Shown piece after piece: positions 19,580-29,005 of a DNA stretch of 38,494 bases. The stretch spans positions 1 through 38,494 of the forward strand of contig CAYSMR010000001.1 of NCBI GenBank assembly GCA_964432195.1, given 5' to 3'. The notes beneath the pieces were generated by a model. The model was given only the letters and a program-made list of their open reading frames with translations, was not told the origin of the DNA and made no database searches. This DNA is from an uncultured Zetaproteobacteria bacterium (GTDB taxonomy: Bacteria; Pseudomonadota; Zetaproteobacteria; Mariprofundales; Mariprofundaceae). Each line of letters begins with the position of its first letter. Positions within the stretch are counted from its first letter, which is position 1. The position numbers and the translations under genes were made by a program.

Positions 19580-19617
19580 CTGCTCACCTGCTCACCTGCT
19601 CACCTGCTCACCTGCTC
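19574..19617 (-). repeat. 8-bp tandem repeat (AGGTGAGC)x5 spanning the uppS stop and cdsA start
   Basis: Plus strand has five perfect GCTCACCT copies at 19574-19613 plus a partial GCTC. Confidence 0.97.
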
Positions 19618-20352
19618 GCCGGTGCGGCCGAAACGGCGTTCCCGCAAAGCATACTCCGCCAGCGCCTGCTGCAGATCCTGCCTGCTGAAGTCCGGCCAGA
19701 ACACATCGGTAAAATAGAGCTCGGCATAAGCCGCGTCCCAGAGGTGAAAATTGGAGATACGCATCTCGCCGCCGGTGCGGATCAACAGATCCAGCGGCGC
19801 AATATCGCGGCGCCACATCAGCGAGCGGAACTTCTGCGTCGTCAGTGCCGCCAGCGCCTGCTCCGGGTCCTGCTGCGCCTGCGCCCACTGCAGAGCCTGC
19901 TGCACGGCCGCGACAATCTCCTGCTGGCCGCCATAGTTCAAACAGAGAATCAGATCGATATTACTGTTGTCGGCCGTATCATCACAGGCCTGTTCGACCG
20001 CCCGGCGCGCATTGGCCGGCAGTGGAGCGAGATCACCCAGCACGCGAAAACGCACGCCGTTATCCATCATCTCCGGCAGCGTTTTCGGCAGCATCACCGA
20101 CAGCAGGCTCATCAGCCCGCGCACTTCCAGCTTCGGGCGCTCCCAGTTTTCAGTCGAAAATGCATACAGTGAGATCTGCCGCACGCCGAGACTGCTGGCC
20201 CAGCGCACGACATTGCGCGCCACTTCGGCCCCCTGTCTGTGGCCGGCCAGCCGGTTTTTACCGCGCGCCTTGGCCCAGCGCCCGTTTCCGTCCATAATGA
20301 TACCCACATGTGTCGGCAGAACGGAGTCGCCCCCCGATGCGGATAGAGACAT
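19600..20352 (-). CDS. uppS: Undecaprenyl diphosphate synthase
   Basis: HVGIIMDGNGRWA, YAFSTENW, NYGG, LIRTGGEMRISNF, RERRFG; TGATG overlap with the frr stop. Confidence 0.97.
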   Translation of the reverse strand: MSLSASGGDSVLPTHVGIIMDGNGRWAKARGKNRLAGHRQGAEVARNVVRWASSLGVRQISLYAFSTENWERPKLEVRGLMSLLSVMLPKTLPEMMDNGVRFRVLGDLAPLPANARRAVEQACDDTADNSNIDLILCLNYGGQQEIVAAVQQALQWAQAQQDPEQALAALTTQKFRSLMWRRDIAPLDLLIRTGGEMRISNFHLWDAAYAELYFTDVFWPDFSRQDLQQALAEYALRERRFGRTGEQVSR

Positions 20353-20897
20353 CAAACCGTCAGGATATCTTTTTCTTTGTGCTCGACAATCTGATCGATT
20401 TCAGCGACGAATTTATCGGTAATTTTCTGAATACCGTCCTGCAGACGCTTGCTCTCGTCCTCGGACAGGCCTTCATCCTTGACCTGCTTCTTAACCATAT
20501 CATTGGCATCGCGGCGGATATTGCGGATCGACACCTTGGCCTTCTCGCCAACCGCCCGCACCTGTTTAACCAGCTCACGACGGCGGTCTTCGGTCAACTC
20601 CGGCAGCACAATGCGTACCACCTCGCCGTCACTGGTCGGATTCAGGCCAAGATCGGATTTCAGAATCGCCTTCTCCAAATCACCGAGGATGCTCTTCTCC
20701 CACGGCGTAATCATCAGCATGCGCGGCTCAGGCACCGAGATATTGCCGACCTGCGAAACCGGCACCTCCGACCCGTAGTACGGCACCGTCACATGATCGA
20801 GCAGCGCTGCGTTAGCCCGGCCGGTGCGAATCGTCGCCAGCTCCGATTTCAGCGCCGCAATACTCTTCTGCATTCTGGTTTCCATATCACTGCTCAT
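20352..20897 (-). CDS. frr: Ribosome recycling factor
   Basis: IRTGRAN, LGLNP, PELTEDRR, SIRNIRRDAN, KEKDIL. Confidence 0.98.
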   Translation of the reverse strand: MSSDMETRMQKSIAALKSELATIRTGRANAALLDHVTVPYYGSEVPVSQVGNISVPEPRMLMITPWEKSILGDLEKAILKSDLGLNPTSDGEVVRIVLPELTEDRRRELVKQVRAVGEKAKVSIRNIRRDANDMVKKQVKDEGLSEDESKRLQDGIQKITDKFVAEIDQIVEHKEKDILTV

Positions 20898-20898
20898 C

Positions 20899-21636
20899 CT
20901 AACCCTCCTGAACCAGCGTGCCGACCGCTTCGCCCGACACGGCCCTGAGCATCTCGCCCGGCGTCGTCACATCAAACACGACGATCGGCATCTGATTGTC
21001 CCGACACAACGACATCGCCGTCGCATCCATGACGCCGAGCCGCTTGGTCAACGCCTCGGTAAATGTCAGCGTCGGATACTTCGTCGCTGTCGAATCGGTA
21101 GCCGGGTCGGCCGTATAAACACCGTCCACCTTGGTGCCCTTGAGTACGGCATCGGCCTGCATCTCCATCGCACGCAGACTGGCTGCGGTATCGGTCGTAA
21201 AATAGGGATTGCCGGTACCGGCGCCAAAAATCAGGATGCGCCCCTTCTCCAGATGACGGACAGCGCGGCGGCGGATATAGGGTTCGGCCACCTCCTTGAT
21301 ATAGAGCGCCGAGATCACCCGCACGGTCGCGCCGTGGCGCTCAATCGCATCCTGCAGCGCGATCGCGTTCATCACCGTTGCCAGCATACCCATATAGTCG
21401 GCGCTGGCCCGATCCATGCCCGATGCCATGCTGCTCATGCCGCGGAAGATATTGCCGCCGCCGATCACGATGGCCAGCTCCACGCCGGAGCGCTGCACCT
21501 CGATCAGCTCCTCGGCCAGACGGTCGATTGTCGCCGTATCGATACCGAATGCGGCATCGCCCATCAGCACCTCGCCGGACAGCTTGAGCAGCACCCGCTT
21601 GTACGGGCGCTGCTCGATGCCGGAAGCCTTGGCCAT
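20899..21636 (-). CDS. pyrH: Uridylate kinase
   Basis: [44 protein letters not shown]. Confidence 0.98.
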   Translation of the reverse strand: MAKASGIEQRPYKRVLLKLSGEVLMGDAAFGIDTATIDRLAEELIEVQRSGVELAIVIGGGNIFRGMSSMASGMDRASADYMGMLATVMNAIALQDAIERHGATVRVISALYIKEVAEPYIRRRAVRHLEKGRILIFGAGTGNPYFTTDTAASLRAMEMQADAVLKGTKVDGVYTADPATDSTATKYPTLTFTEALTKRLGVMDATAMSLCRDNQMPIVVFDVTTPGEMLRAVSGEAVGTLVQEG

Positions 21637-21641
21637 CAGTA

Positions 21642-22511
21642 TCAGCCGCCCTGAACCTGAGCAGCCACTTCTGCGGCGAAGTCCTCCTCTTTCTTCTCAA
21701 TGCCCTCGCCGAGCTGAAAACGGGTCATGGCCGTCACCGTCGCCGATCCAAGCGCCTTGCCGACCTTCTGATCGGTATCCATGACAAAATCCTGCTCCAG
21801 CAGACAGACTTCGGAGTAGAACTTGTTCAGCTGACCGGCCACGATCTTCTCGACAATCGCCTCCGGCTTGCCGCTGGCGATTGCGCGCTCGCTGAGCACC
21901 GCGCGCTCGCGCTCGACCGACTCAGCATCGACATCATCGCGCGCAATGAAGCGTGGATTGGCCGCAGCGACATGCATCGCGACGCCGCGCGCCAGCGACG
22001 GCTCGACTTCGCCGTCGAAGCCGACTAGCACGCCGATCTTGCCGCCGGCATGCACATAGGCCGCAACCGTCGCAGCCTCGGTGCGCACAAAGCGGCGAAT
22101 ACTCATGTTCTCGCCGATCGTCGCAATCAGCTGAGACAGGGCCTGCTCGACATTCAACTCGCCGTCGAAATCCAGCGACTTCAGCGCCTCGACGTCAGCC
22201 GGACTTTCCTTGATGATCAGTGCGGCGATCCTGTTCGCGAAATCGACGAACTTGTCGTTCTTGCTGACGAAATCGGTCTCCGCATTGACCTCCAGCACAA
22301 CGCCAACATTGCCTTCGGTCGTTGCGACGACAATGCCCTCGGCAGCCACGCGACCGGCCTTCTTGGACGCCGCGGAGAGCCCCTTCTTGCGTAGGAAGTC
22401 GACTGCGGCATCGATATCGCCGCCGGTCTCGTTCAGCGCCTTCTTGCAGTCCATCATGCCCGCGCCGCTGATCTCACGCAGTTTTTTTACATCTGCAGCA
22501 GTAATGCCCAT
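21642..22511 (-). CDS. tsf: Translation elongation factor Ts
   Basis: [47 protein letters not shown]. Confidence 0.98.
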   Translation of the reverse strand: MGITAADVKKLREISGAGMMDCKKALNETGGDIDAAVDFLRKKGLSAASKKAGRVAAEGIVVATTEGNVGVVLEVNAETDFVSKNDKFVDFANRIAALIIKESPADVEALKSLDFDGELNVEQALSQLIATIGENMSIRRFVRTEAATVAAYVHAGGKIGVLVGFDGEVEPSLARGVAMHVAAANPRFIARDDVDAESVERERAVLSERAIASGKPEAIVEKIVAGQLNKFYSEVCLLEQDFVMDTDQKVGKALGSATVTAMTRFQLGEGIEKKEEDFAAEVAAQVQGG

Positions 22512-22544
22512 CTCTTATGCTCCGTTAAATAGAATAGTATCTGA

Positions 22545-23303
22545 TTATTCGGCGGCGACTTCTGCGTCGACAGCCATCGCTTCCACAATATCCTCGCCGT
22601 CTTCGGCATTTTCCAGCTGCCATGCTTCCGCGCCCTCGAGCAGCGCATCGGCCACCTTGCTGCAGAACAGACGCACGGCGCGAATCGCATCGTCGTTGCC
22701 CGGGATAATATAGTCGATGCCGGACGGATCGCAGTTGGTATCAACCACGGCAACCACCGGAATGCCGAGCTTGCGGGCTTCCTTGACCGCCAACTCTTCC
22801 TTGCGCACGTCAACGACGAACAGGCAGTCCGGCAGATCGTTCATCTCCTTGATGCCGCCGAGCGAGCGTTCCAGCTTGTCGAGCTGACGCTGCAGCTGCA
22901 GCGCTTCCTTCTTGGTCAGCAGCTCAAACACGCCCTCTTCCTTCTGGCGCTGCAGATCCTTCATCTTGCGCACAGACTGCTGCACGGTGGCAAAGTTGGT
23001 CAGCGTGCCACCGAGCCAGCGGTGGTTCACATAGAAGTGACCGGCGCGGGATGACTCTTCCTTGACCGCATCGCGAGCCTGGCGCTTGGTGCCAACATAG
23101 AGCACGCGACCGCCGGCAGCCGCCAGCTCCTGCATGAATGAGTAGGCCTCGTTGGCCATGCGCAGGGTCTTCTGTAGATCGATAATATGAATACCGTTGC
23201 GCTTTCCGAAGATGTACGGAGCCATTTTCGGGTTCCAGCGGCGGGTCTGATGACCGAAATGAACGCCGGCTTCCAGCAGTTGTTTCATGGTAAATTGAGA
23301 CAT
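22545..23303 (-). CDS. rpsB: 30S ribosomal protein S2
   Basis: [42 protein letters not shown]; GGAGG RBS before ATG 23303. Confidence 0.98.
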   Translation of the reverse strand: MSQFTMKQLLEAGVHFGHQTRRWNPKMAPYIFGKRNGIHIIDLQKTLRMANEAYSFMQELAAAGGRVLYVGTKRQARDAVKEESSRAGHFYVNHRWLGGTLTNFATVQQSVRKMKDLQRQKEEGVFELLTKKEALQLQRQLDKLERSLGGIKEMNDLPDCLFVVDVRKEELAVKEARKLGIPVVAVVDTNCDPSGIDYIIPGNDDAIRAVRLFCSKVADALLEGAEAWQLENAEDGEDIVEAMAVDAEVAAE

Positions 23304-23315
23304 TGAAGTCCTCCG

Positions 23316-23392
23316 ATTGTTATTTCCTCCACTGCCCTTCACCCGGCGTATGCAACAACGCATGGGCACAATGGATCAGACAGTGTGCGTAT
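23316..23392 (-). ncRNA. rpsB 5' leader (t44 / S2 autoregulatory leader-like)
   Basis: Minus strand reads ACGCACACTGTCT...GGGCAGTGGAGGAAATAAC. CACTGTCT pairs with GGGCAGTG, and the CACAC...GTGGAGG..TAAC pattern matches what I recall of proteobacterial rpsB leaders. Confidence 0.65.
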
Positions 23393-23414
23393 TCGCCCTT
23401 CCGAGCGGGCGCGC

Positions 23415-23443
23415 TTTCTAGCGAAAGCAGCCCCGAATAGCAA
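23415..23443 (-). promoter_or_regulatory. Probable sigma70 promoter of rpsB-tsf
   Basis: TTGCTA (23443-23438)-N17-TAGAAA (23420-23415) followed by a GC-rich discriminator GCGCGCCC, typical of stringently controlled promoters. Confidence 0.65.
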
Positions 23444-23467
23444 GCGACAGCGCATCAAACTGGACAA

Positions 23468-24124
23468 TCAGGGAAGCGCCAGATCGATCAGCGCGCCGGC
23501 GCTACCCATGATCAGCGGCCCGATCAGCGACTGCAACAGCCCGGAGACCAGCAGCAGAACAATGATCAGAAAACCAAACGGTTCGATACGGGAGAGCTGC
23601 CACGCCATCGCCCCCGGCAGCAGCCCGACGGCAACTCGCCCGCCATCCAGCGGCGGCAGCGGAATCAGGTTGAAGATGCACAGCACGACATTGATAATAA
23701 TCGACGCTTGACACATCAGCGCCAGCGGCTCGGCCACCCACGCCAGCGGCGCCAGCAGATGCACGGCGACATAGAGCAGCGCAACCGAGAGCAGCGCCAG
23801 CGCCAGGTTGGTCGCCGGCCCGGCCAGCGCCACCCAGATCATGTCGCGCTTGGGGTTGCGCAATTTACGAAAATCGACCGGCACAGGCTTGGCATATCCG
23901 AACAGAAACGGCGAGCCGACCACCAGCAGCACAACCGGAATCAGCAGCGTGCCGATCGGATCGATATGCTTGATCGGATTGAGCGTCAGCCGCCCCATGA
24001 AACGGGCCGTGTTATCGCCCAGCCGGTCGGCCACCCAGCCATGCGCCACCTCGTGCAGCACGACGGCGAACAGCACCGGCAGCGCCCAGATGCTGATCCC
24101 CTGTATCATCGCGTCAATATTCAT
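23468..24124 (-). CDS. Site-2 protease (peptidase M50) family membrane metalloprotease
   Basis: HEVAH, GRLTLNPIKHIDPIG, FGYAKPVPV, AGPATN, FNLIPLPPLDGG; GGAG RBS before ATG 24124. Confidence 0.93.
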   Translation of the reverse strand: MNIDAMIQGISIWALPVLFAVVLHEVAHGWVADRLGDNTARFMGRLTLNPIKHIDPIGTLLIPVVLLVVGSPFLFGYAKPVPVDFRKLRNPKRDMIWVALAGPATNLALALLSVALLYVAVHLLAPLAWVAEPLALMCQASIIINVVLCIFNLIPLPPLDGGRVAVGLLPGAMAWQLSRIEPFGFLIIVLLLVSGLLQSLIGPLIMGSAGALIDLALP

Positions 24125-24253
24125 GCCCCCACTCCAGCACAAAACGCCATCGATTTCATCTCCCGCGATCACGCCTGCGACAGCGCACGTCCAAACCGCG
24201 CAGGGAATGATGTAGCCTTGGCCCATGTCCTGCAAACCAACGACGCAACGCGC

Positions 24254-24922
24254 ATGAACAGCGCCGTCAAACAGACCGCTATCGCAGCGCTACTGGCCGC
24301 CATCGCGTGGCTTGCATGGCTCGCATGGCAGACGCCGAAACAGGCCGTTGCACCGGCCACTGTCCAGCGCGCGCTGCCGACCGCCAGTAGCGAAACCGGT
24401 CAGCCGCAGCGCCCGACGCTGTGGCGCGTGGTTACCCGCCGCGTCATCTCAAAAGAGGGCATGCGCGCCCTGCAGCGGCGGTTGCTGGCGATGGGACTGA
24501 AGCCGATCATCCTCGATACGACCGAGGATGTGACCATGCACGCCTTTGACGACTCCGTCCTGTTCAAGACCCGCGCAGCCGCTGCGCGCGCAGCCCGCTT
24601 CTGGCAGCAGCACGGCATCGAAACCAATATCATCCGCGCCGCCAAAGGGGTCTATCTGCTCGGCCTCGGACGCCTCTATCAGGCTAAATATGCCGCAAGC
24701 CTGCAGCAGCAGCTGGAGCAGACCGGGCGCAAATACCGCTATCAGCAGCGCATTGTGCCGATCCCGGTCCGACGGTTTACATTTGCGCCGCGCCCGCGTG
24801 CCGCCGCCGAGGCGCTGTGGCAACAGCTCAACGAGACCGGCGTCATGATGCCGTCGCTGATCAGCGAACGCGCATTTCGCGACAGCTACGGCAAGGCGCT
24901 GCACCCCCGCAAACGCCCCTGA
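24254..24922 (+). CDS. Membrane-anchored protein with SPOR-like repeats
   Basis: ATG 24254, one N-terminal TM helix (AIAALLAAIAWLAWLAW), Pro/Ala/Thr linker, then repeated beta-alpha-beta units (e.g. VYLLGLGRLYQAKYAASLQQQL). The SPOR call is pattern-based only. Confidence 0.6.
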   Translation: MNSAVKQTAIAALLAAIAWLAWLAWQTPKQAVAPATVQRALPTASSETGQPQRPTLWRVVTRRVISKEGMRALQRRLLAMGLKPIILDTTEDVTMHAFDDSVLFKTRAAAARAARFWQQHGIETNIIRAAKGVYLLGLGRLYQAKYAASLQQQLEQTGRKYRYQQRIVPIPVRRFTFAPRPRAAAEALWQQLNETGVMMPSLISERAFRDSYGKALHPRKRP

Positions 24923-25009
24923 ATTGGTAATTCGGCGGCAGACAGGTAGGCTGCGCCGATCCTTGCAAGACGGTACCGCGCCATGCGGACCGAAGCGGAA
25001 GAGGAAACA

Positions 25010-25798
25010 ATGAACCGAAACAGAGCTGTCACTGCAGCGACGCTGTTGCGCGCCAAGCAGAATAACAACACCACCGTATGGCTGACGGCCTATGACACCG
25101 TCACCGCCCATATTGCCGAAACAGCCGGCGCCGACGTACTGCTGGTCGGCGACTCGCTGGCCATGACCTGTCTCGGCCTCGACTCCACGCTGCAGGTCAC
25201 GCTCGATCAGATGATCCACCACGCATCCGCCGTCGTGCGCGGCCGCCGTCACGCATGGGTCGTCTGCGATCTCCCGTTCGGCAGCTATCAGCAATCCCGC
25301 GAACAGGCCTTCGCCGCGAGCGCGCGCGCGCTGCAGGAGAGCGGCTGCGATGCGGTCAAGATCGAGGGCGGCGCGCACATGGCCGACACGATCGCCTTCC
25401 TCGCCGAGCGCGGTATTGCCGTCGTCGCCCATATCGGGCTGACCCCGCAATCGGTGAAAAAGTTCGGCTCCTACGGCAAACGCGGCGTCGATCCGGCCGG
25501 CCGGCAACAGCTGCTGCAGGATGCCGGGGCTGTCTGCAATGCCGGCGCGGTCTGCCTCGTGCTGGAGAATATTCCGGCCGACCTGGCCGCGGAAATCACC
25601 GCGACCGTCGCGATCCCGACCGTCGGCATCGGCGCCGGCTCCGACTGCGATGCGCAGGTGTTGGTCTTCAACGATCTGGTCGGCCTCTCCGATCACAATC
25701 CGCCGTTCGCGCCGGCCTATGCGCAGGCCCGCAGCCTCATGCATGAGGCGATTGCCAGCTGGTGCACCGATGTCCGCCAGGGGCGCTTCCCGCGATGA
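25010..25798 (+). CDS. panB: 3-methyl-2-oxobutanoate hydroxymethyltransferase
   Basis: LTAYD, LLVGDSL, DLPFGSY, VKIEGG, HIGLTPQ, GIGAG; GAGG RBS before ATG 25010. Confidence 0.97.
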   Translation: MNRNRAVTAATLLRAKQNNNTTVWLTAYDTVTAHIAETAGADVLLVGDSLAMTCLGLDSTLQVTLDQMIHHASAVVRGRRHAWVVCDLPFGSYQQSREQAFAASARALQESGCDAVKIEGGAHMADTIAFLAERGIAVVAHIGLTPQSVKKFGSYGKRGVDPAGRQQLLQDAGAVCNAGAVCLVLENIPADLAAEITATVAIPTVGIGAGSDCDAQVLVFNDLVGLSDHNPPFAPAYAQARSLMHEAIASWCTDVRQGRFPR

Positions 25799-26682
25799 AC
25801 ATTATCGAACAGGCCCCGGTGCTGCGCGCCCGGCTGCAGGAGATGCGGCAGGGCAAGCGTGTCGCGCTCGTGCCGACGATGGGCTGCCTGCACGCAGGCC
25901 ACCTGAGCCTGATCGAGCAAGTGCGCGCAGCGGCCGATATCGTCGTGGCCAGCATCTATGTCAATCCGCTGCAGTTCGGGCCGAACGAGGATCTGGAGCG
26001 CTATCCGCGCACCTTCGACGCCGATGCGCGCGCCTGTCGCGAGGCCGGCGTCGATCTGCTGTTTCATCCGGCCACGCTCTATCCCGAGCAGGGACCGGCC
26101 GTCACGCTCACCACCTCCGGCCTGACCGACTGCCTGTGCGGCGCGGCCCGCCCCGGCCATTTCGACGGCGTCGTCACCGTCGTCAATATCCTGTTCAATA
26201 TCGTCCGGCCCGATATCGCCATATTCGGCGAGAAAGACTGGCAGCAACTGGCCGTGATCCGCCGCATGGTCGCCGATCTTCAGATGCCGATCGAGATTCT
26301 CGGCGGCACCATCGTGCGCGAGCCGGACGGACTGGCCATGAGCAGCCGCAACCGCTACCTGAACAGCGCCGAGCGCCGCCGCGCTGTCGCGCTGTCGCAG
26401 GCGATGCAGGCGATGCGGCAGGCAGCAGAGCGCGGCGAGCGCGATGCCGGGGCTCTGAAGCAAATCGGCGCGGCTATCCTCGATGACGCCGGCACAGAGA
26501 CCGAATACCTAGAGATACGCTGCGCGGCCACGCTGGAGCCGGTAGAGCGGCTCGACGCGCGGCCGGCGCGCGCCTTTATCGCCGCCCGCATCGGCGGCAC
26601 CCGCCTGATCGACAATATCTCGCTAGACCATACCGCGCTGGAGCCGATAAGCCCGGCCATCAGCCCGGAGGAGACCCGATGA
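25795..26682 (+). CDS. panC: Pantoate--beta-alanine ligase
   Basis: [49 protein letters not shown]; ATGA overlap with panB. Confidence 0.97.
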   Translation: MNIIEQAPVLRARLQEMRQGKRVALVPTMGCLHAGHLSLIEQVRAAADIVVASIYVNPLQFGPNEDLERYPRTFDADARACREAGVDLLFHPATLYPEQGPAVTLTTSGLTDCLCGAARPGHFDGVVTVVNILFNIVRPDIAIFGEKDWQQLAVIRRMVADLQMPIEILGGTIVREPDGLAMSSRNRYLNSAERRRAVALSQAMQAMRQAAERGERDAGALKQIGAAILDDAGTETEYLEIRCAATLEPVERLDARPARAFIAARIGGTRLIDNISLDHTALEPISPAISPEETR

Positions 26683-27056
26683 CACTGACCATGCTGAAAT
26701 CCAAAATCCACCGCGTCACCGTGACGCATGCCGAGCTGGACTACGAAGGCTCATGCGCCATTGACCAGCAGCTGATGGAGCAGGCCAATATTCTGCCGTT
26801 CGAGCAGCTGCACATCTACAATGTCGCCAACGGAGAGCGTTTCACGACCTATGCGATCACCGCTCCGCGCGGCTCGGGCACGATCGGGGTCAACGGCGCG
26901 GCCGCCCATAAAGCGGCCCCCGGCGATCTGCTGATCATCTGCACCTATGCGACGATGGATGCGCATGAGGCCGCGCATTTCAATCCGGTGCTGGTCTATG
27001 TCGATGCGGACAATGCGATCACCCACACCAGCCACGGCCACCTGGCCGCGGCCTGA
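26679..27056 (+). CDS. panD: Aspartate 1-decarboxylase proenzyme
   Basis: [16 protein letters not shown] self-cleavage site, [14 protein letters not shown]. Confidence 0.98.
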   Translation: MTLTMLKSKIHRVTVTHAELDYEGSCAIDQQLMEQANILPFEQLHIYNVANGERFTTYAITAPRGSGTIGVNGAAAHKAAPGDLLIICTYATMDAHEAAHFNPVLVYVDADNAITHTSHGHLAAA

Positions 27057-27068
27057 GCGCAGCCGGCC

Positions 27069-28682
27069 GTGCGCTATGCGATCAGCAATGTGGCGGTCGG
27101 CCTCGGAGACGCGCGCGACGCAGTCATCGCGGCGCTGGCCCGGCGGCTGGGCGTGCAGCCGGATCGGATCGAAAGCGCCGTCTGCGTGCGACGGGCGCTG
27201 GATGCGCGCAAAAAGAGCCGCATCCATTTTGTCTGCACCTATGAGGTCGAACTGGAGCGCCTGCCCAAACCGCTGCCGCCGCATACGCGGCTGATCGAAC
27301 GCCCGATCCTGCAGCCGACCTGTCCGGAGGTCTTCGCAACGCCTGTCCGGAGCAATATCCGGGCCGTCGTCGTCGGCGCCGGGCCGGCCGGCCTGTTCGC
27401 CGCACTGGCGCTGGCCGAGGCCGGCGCGCAGGTCTCGCTACTGGAGCGCGGCAAGCCGGTGGAGACGCGCATGCGCGATATCGGCCGCCTGCGCTCGCGC
27501 GGCGAACTGAATCCGGAGAGCAATATCTGCTTCGGCGAGGGCGGGGCCGGCACCTATACCGACGGCAAACTCTATACCCGCATCAAGCACCCCTACCTGC
27601 GCCATGTGCTGCACACCTTTGTCCGCTTCGGCGCGCGTCCCGATATTCTGGTCGATGCGCATCCGCATCTGGGCACCGACAAGCTGGTGCGCATTGTCCG
27701 CAATATGCGCGAGCAGCTGCTCGCGCTCGGCGTGGATTACCGCTTTAACGCGCGCGTCGATGATCTGCTGATGCAGGGCGACAGGGTCGCCGGCGTACGC
27801 ACTGCAGACGGCAACGAGACCGCCGCGACGCATGTCATTCTGGCCACCGGCCACTCGGCCCGCGACACATTCGAGCGGCTGCGGCAGCTGGGCATACGGA
27901 TGGAGGCCAAAGCGTTCGCTGTCGGCCTGCGCGCCGAGCATCCGCAAGCGCTGATCAATGCGATCCAGTTCGGACGCATGGCCGACCACCCGCAGCTGGG
28001 CGCGGCCGAATACAGCCTGACCCATCAGGTCGCCGACGCCCGCCTCGGCAAACGCGGCGTCTACTCATTCTGCATGTGTCCGGGCGGACTGATCGTGCCC
28101 TCGCCGACCGAGGCCGGCATGATGGCTGTCAACGGCATGAGCAATGCCAAGCGCGGCGGCCGCTGGGCCAATTCGGGCGTCGTCGTGCAGGTTACCCCCG
28201 ACGACATCGTCCGCCACGGCCAGCGCCGCGATCCGTTGATCGGCATCGAGTTCCAGCGCCGGCTGGAGGCGGCCACCTTCGCCGCCGCAGGCAGCCGCTA
28301 CGCCGCGCCGACGATGCGCCTGACCGATTTCGTCGCCGACCGGGCCAGCGGTACGATCGCCGCCACCCGCTTCAAGCCTGCCGCCATTCCTGCCGATCTG
28401 CATGAATTGCTGCCGGCATGGATCGCCGCGCCGCTGGTCGACGGCTTGCGCGGCTTCGATCGCAAAATGCGCGGCTATATCAGCGACGAGGCCAACCTGC
28501 TCGGCTCGGAGACCCGCACCTCGTCGCCGGTGCGCATCGAACGCGGCGCGGATATGCAGAGCGTCAACGCCGCCGGTCTCTATCCGGCCGGCGAGGGAGC
28601 GGGCTATGCCGGCGGCATCGTCAGCGCCGCCGTCGACGGCCTCAAGGCCGCCGCCGCGATTCTGCAAACGCAGCAGCCCTGA
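27069..28682 (+). CDS. Uncharacterised NAD(P)/FAD-dependent oxidoreductase
   Basis: VVGAGPAGLFAA, FGEGGAGTYTDGKL, HLGTD, SFCMCPGG, ETRTSSPVRI, GEGAGYAGGIVSAAVDG. Confidence 0.9.
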   Translation: MRYAISNVAVGLGDARDAVIAALARRLGVQPDRIESAVCVRRALDARKKSRIHFVCTYEVELERLPKPLPPHTRLIERPILQPTCPEVFATPVRSNIRAVVVGAGPAGLFAALALAEAGAQVSLLERGKPVETRMRDIGRLRSRGELNPESNICFGEGGAGTYTDGKLYTRIKHPYLRHVLHTFVRFGARPDILVDAHPHLGTDKLVRIVRNMREQLLALGVDYRFNARVDDLLMQGDRVAGVRTADGNETAATHVILATGHSARDTFERLRQLGIRMEAKAFAVGLRAEHPQALINAIQFGRMADHPQLGAAEYSLTHQVADARLGKRGVYSFCMCPGGLIVPSPTEAGMMAVNGMSNAKRGGRWANSGVVVQVTPDDIVRHGQRRDPLIGIEFQRRLEAATFAAAGSRYAAPTMRLTDFVADRASGTIAATRFKPAAIPADLHELLPAWIAAPLVDGLRGFDRKMRGYISDEANLLGSETRTSSPVRIERGADMQSVNAAGLYPAGEGAGYAGGIVSAAVDGLKAAAAILQTQQP

Positions 28683-28735
28683 CAGACTTGCCGGGAGGCA
28701 GGTTCAACACTCCGCCGCATTGACTCACTCCGGCC

Positions 28736-29005
28736 TCACAGCCTGGATAACAACTTGATCGCAGTACCTGCCAGATCCTTGATATTGTCCACCAGAGCGG
28801 CGGTCCGCCGGTTTTCATCGCCGGATTGATTCACGATTTGCATCAATTGAACCATTTTCGTTTTGTCGGCTGTGTCGGGAAAGAGTCGCTTAATCTCCTC
28901 CTCCTTCAAACGCGTCAGCGTCGCAATTTGCGCGGCCAGTTTTGCGTCAGTCTCATCGGCTGCCTCTCCAATCTCCACATCAATTACATCCCAGTCAATT
29001 GCCAT
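28736..29005 (-). CDS. Hypothetical 89-aa helical protein with an acidic N-terminus
   Basis: GGAGG RBS; ATG overlaps the upstream gene's TGA (alternative GTG at 29008); MAIDWDVIDVEIGEAADETDAKLAAQI... Confidence 0.82.
   Translation of the reverse strand: MAIDWDVIDVEIGEAADETDAKLAAQIATLTRLKEEEIKRLFPDTADKTKMVQLMQIVNQSGDENRRTAALVDNIKDLAGTAIKLLSRL

Noticed and set aside
19574-19617. Tandem repeat as a CRISPR array
   Set aside because: The units are 8 bp with no spacers, and there are no cas genes.
23708-24253. Upstream half of the 404-aa plus-strand ORF 23708-24922
   Set aside because: It is antisense to the M50 protease gene. The credible protein starts at ATG 24254 with a TM anchor.
24923-25009. 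Possible pan-motif regulatory RNA before panB
   Set aside because: Only one imperfect GC stem (TCGGCGGCAG/CTGCGCCGA) is visible; I cannot support a family match without a covariance search.
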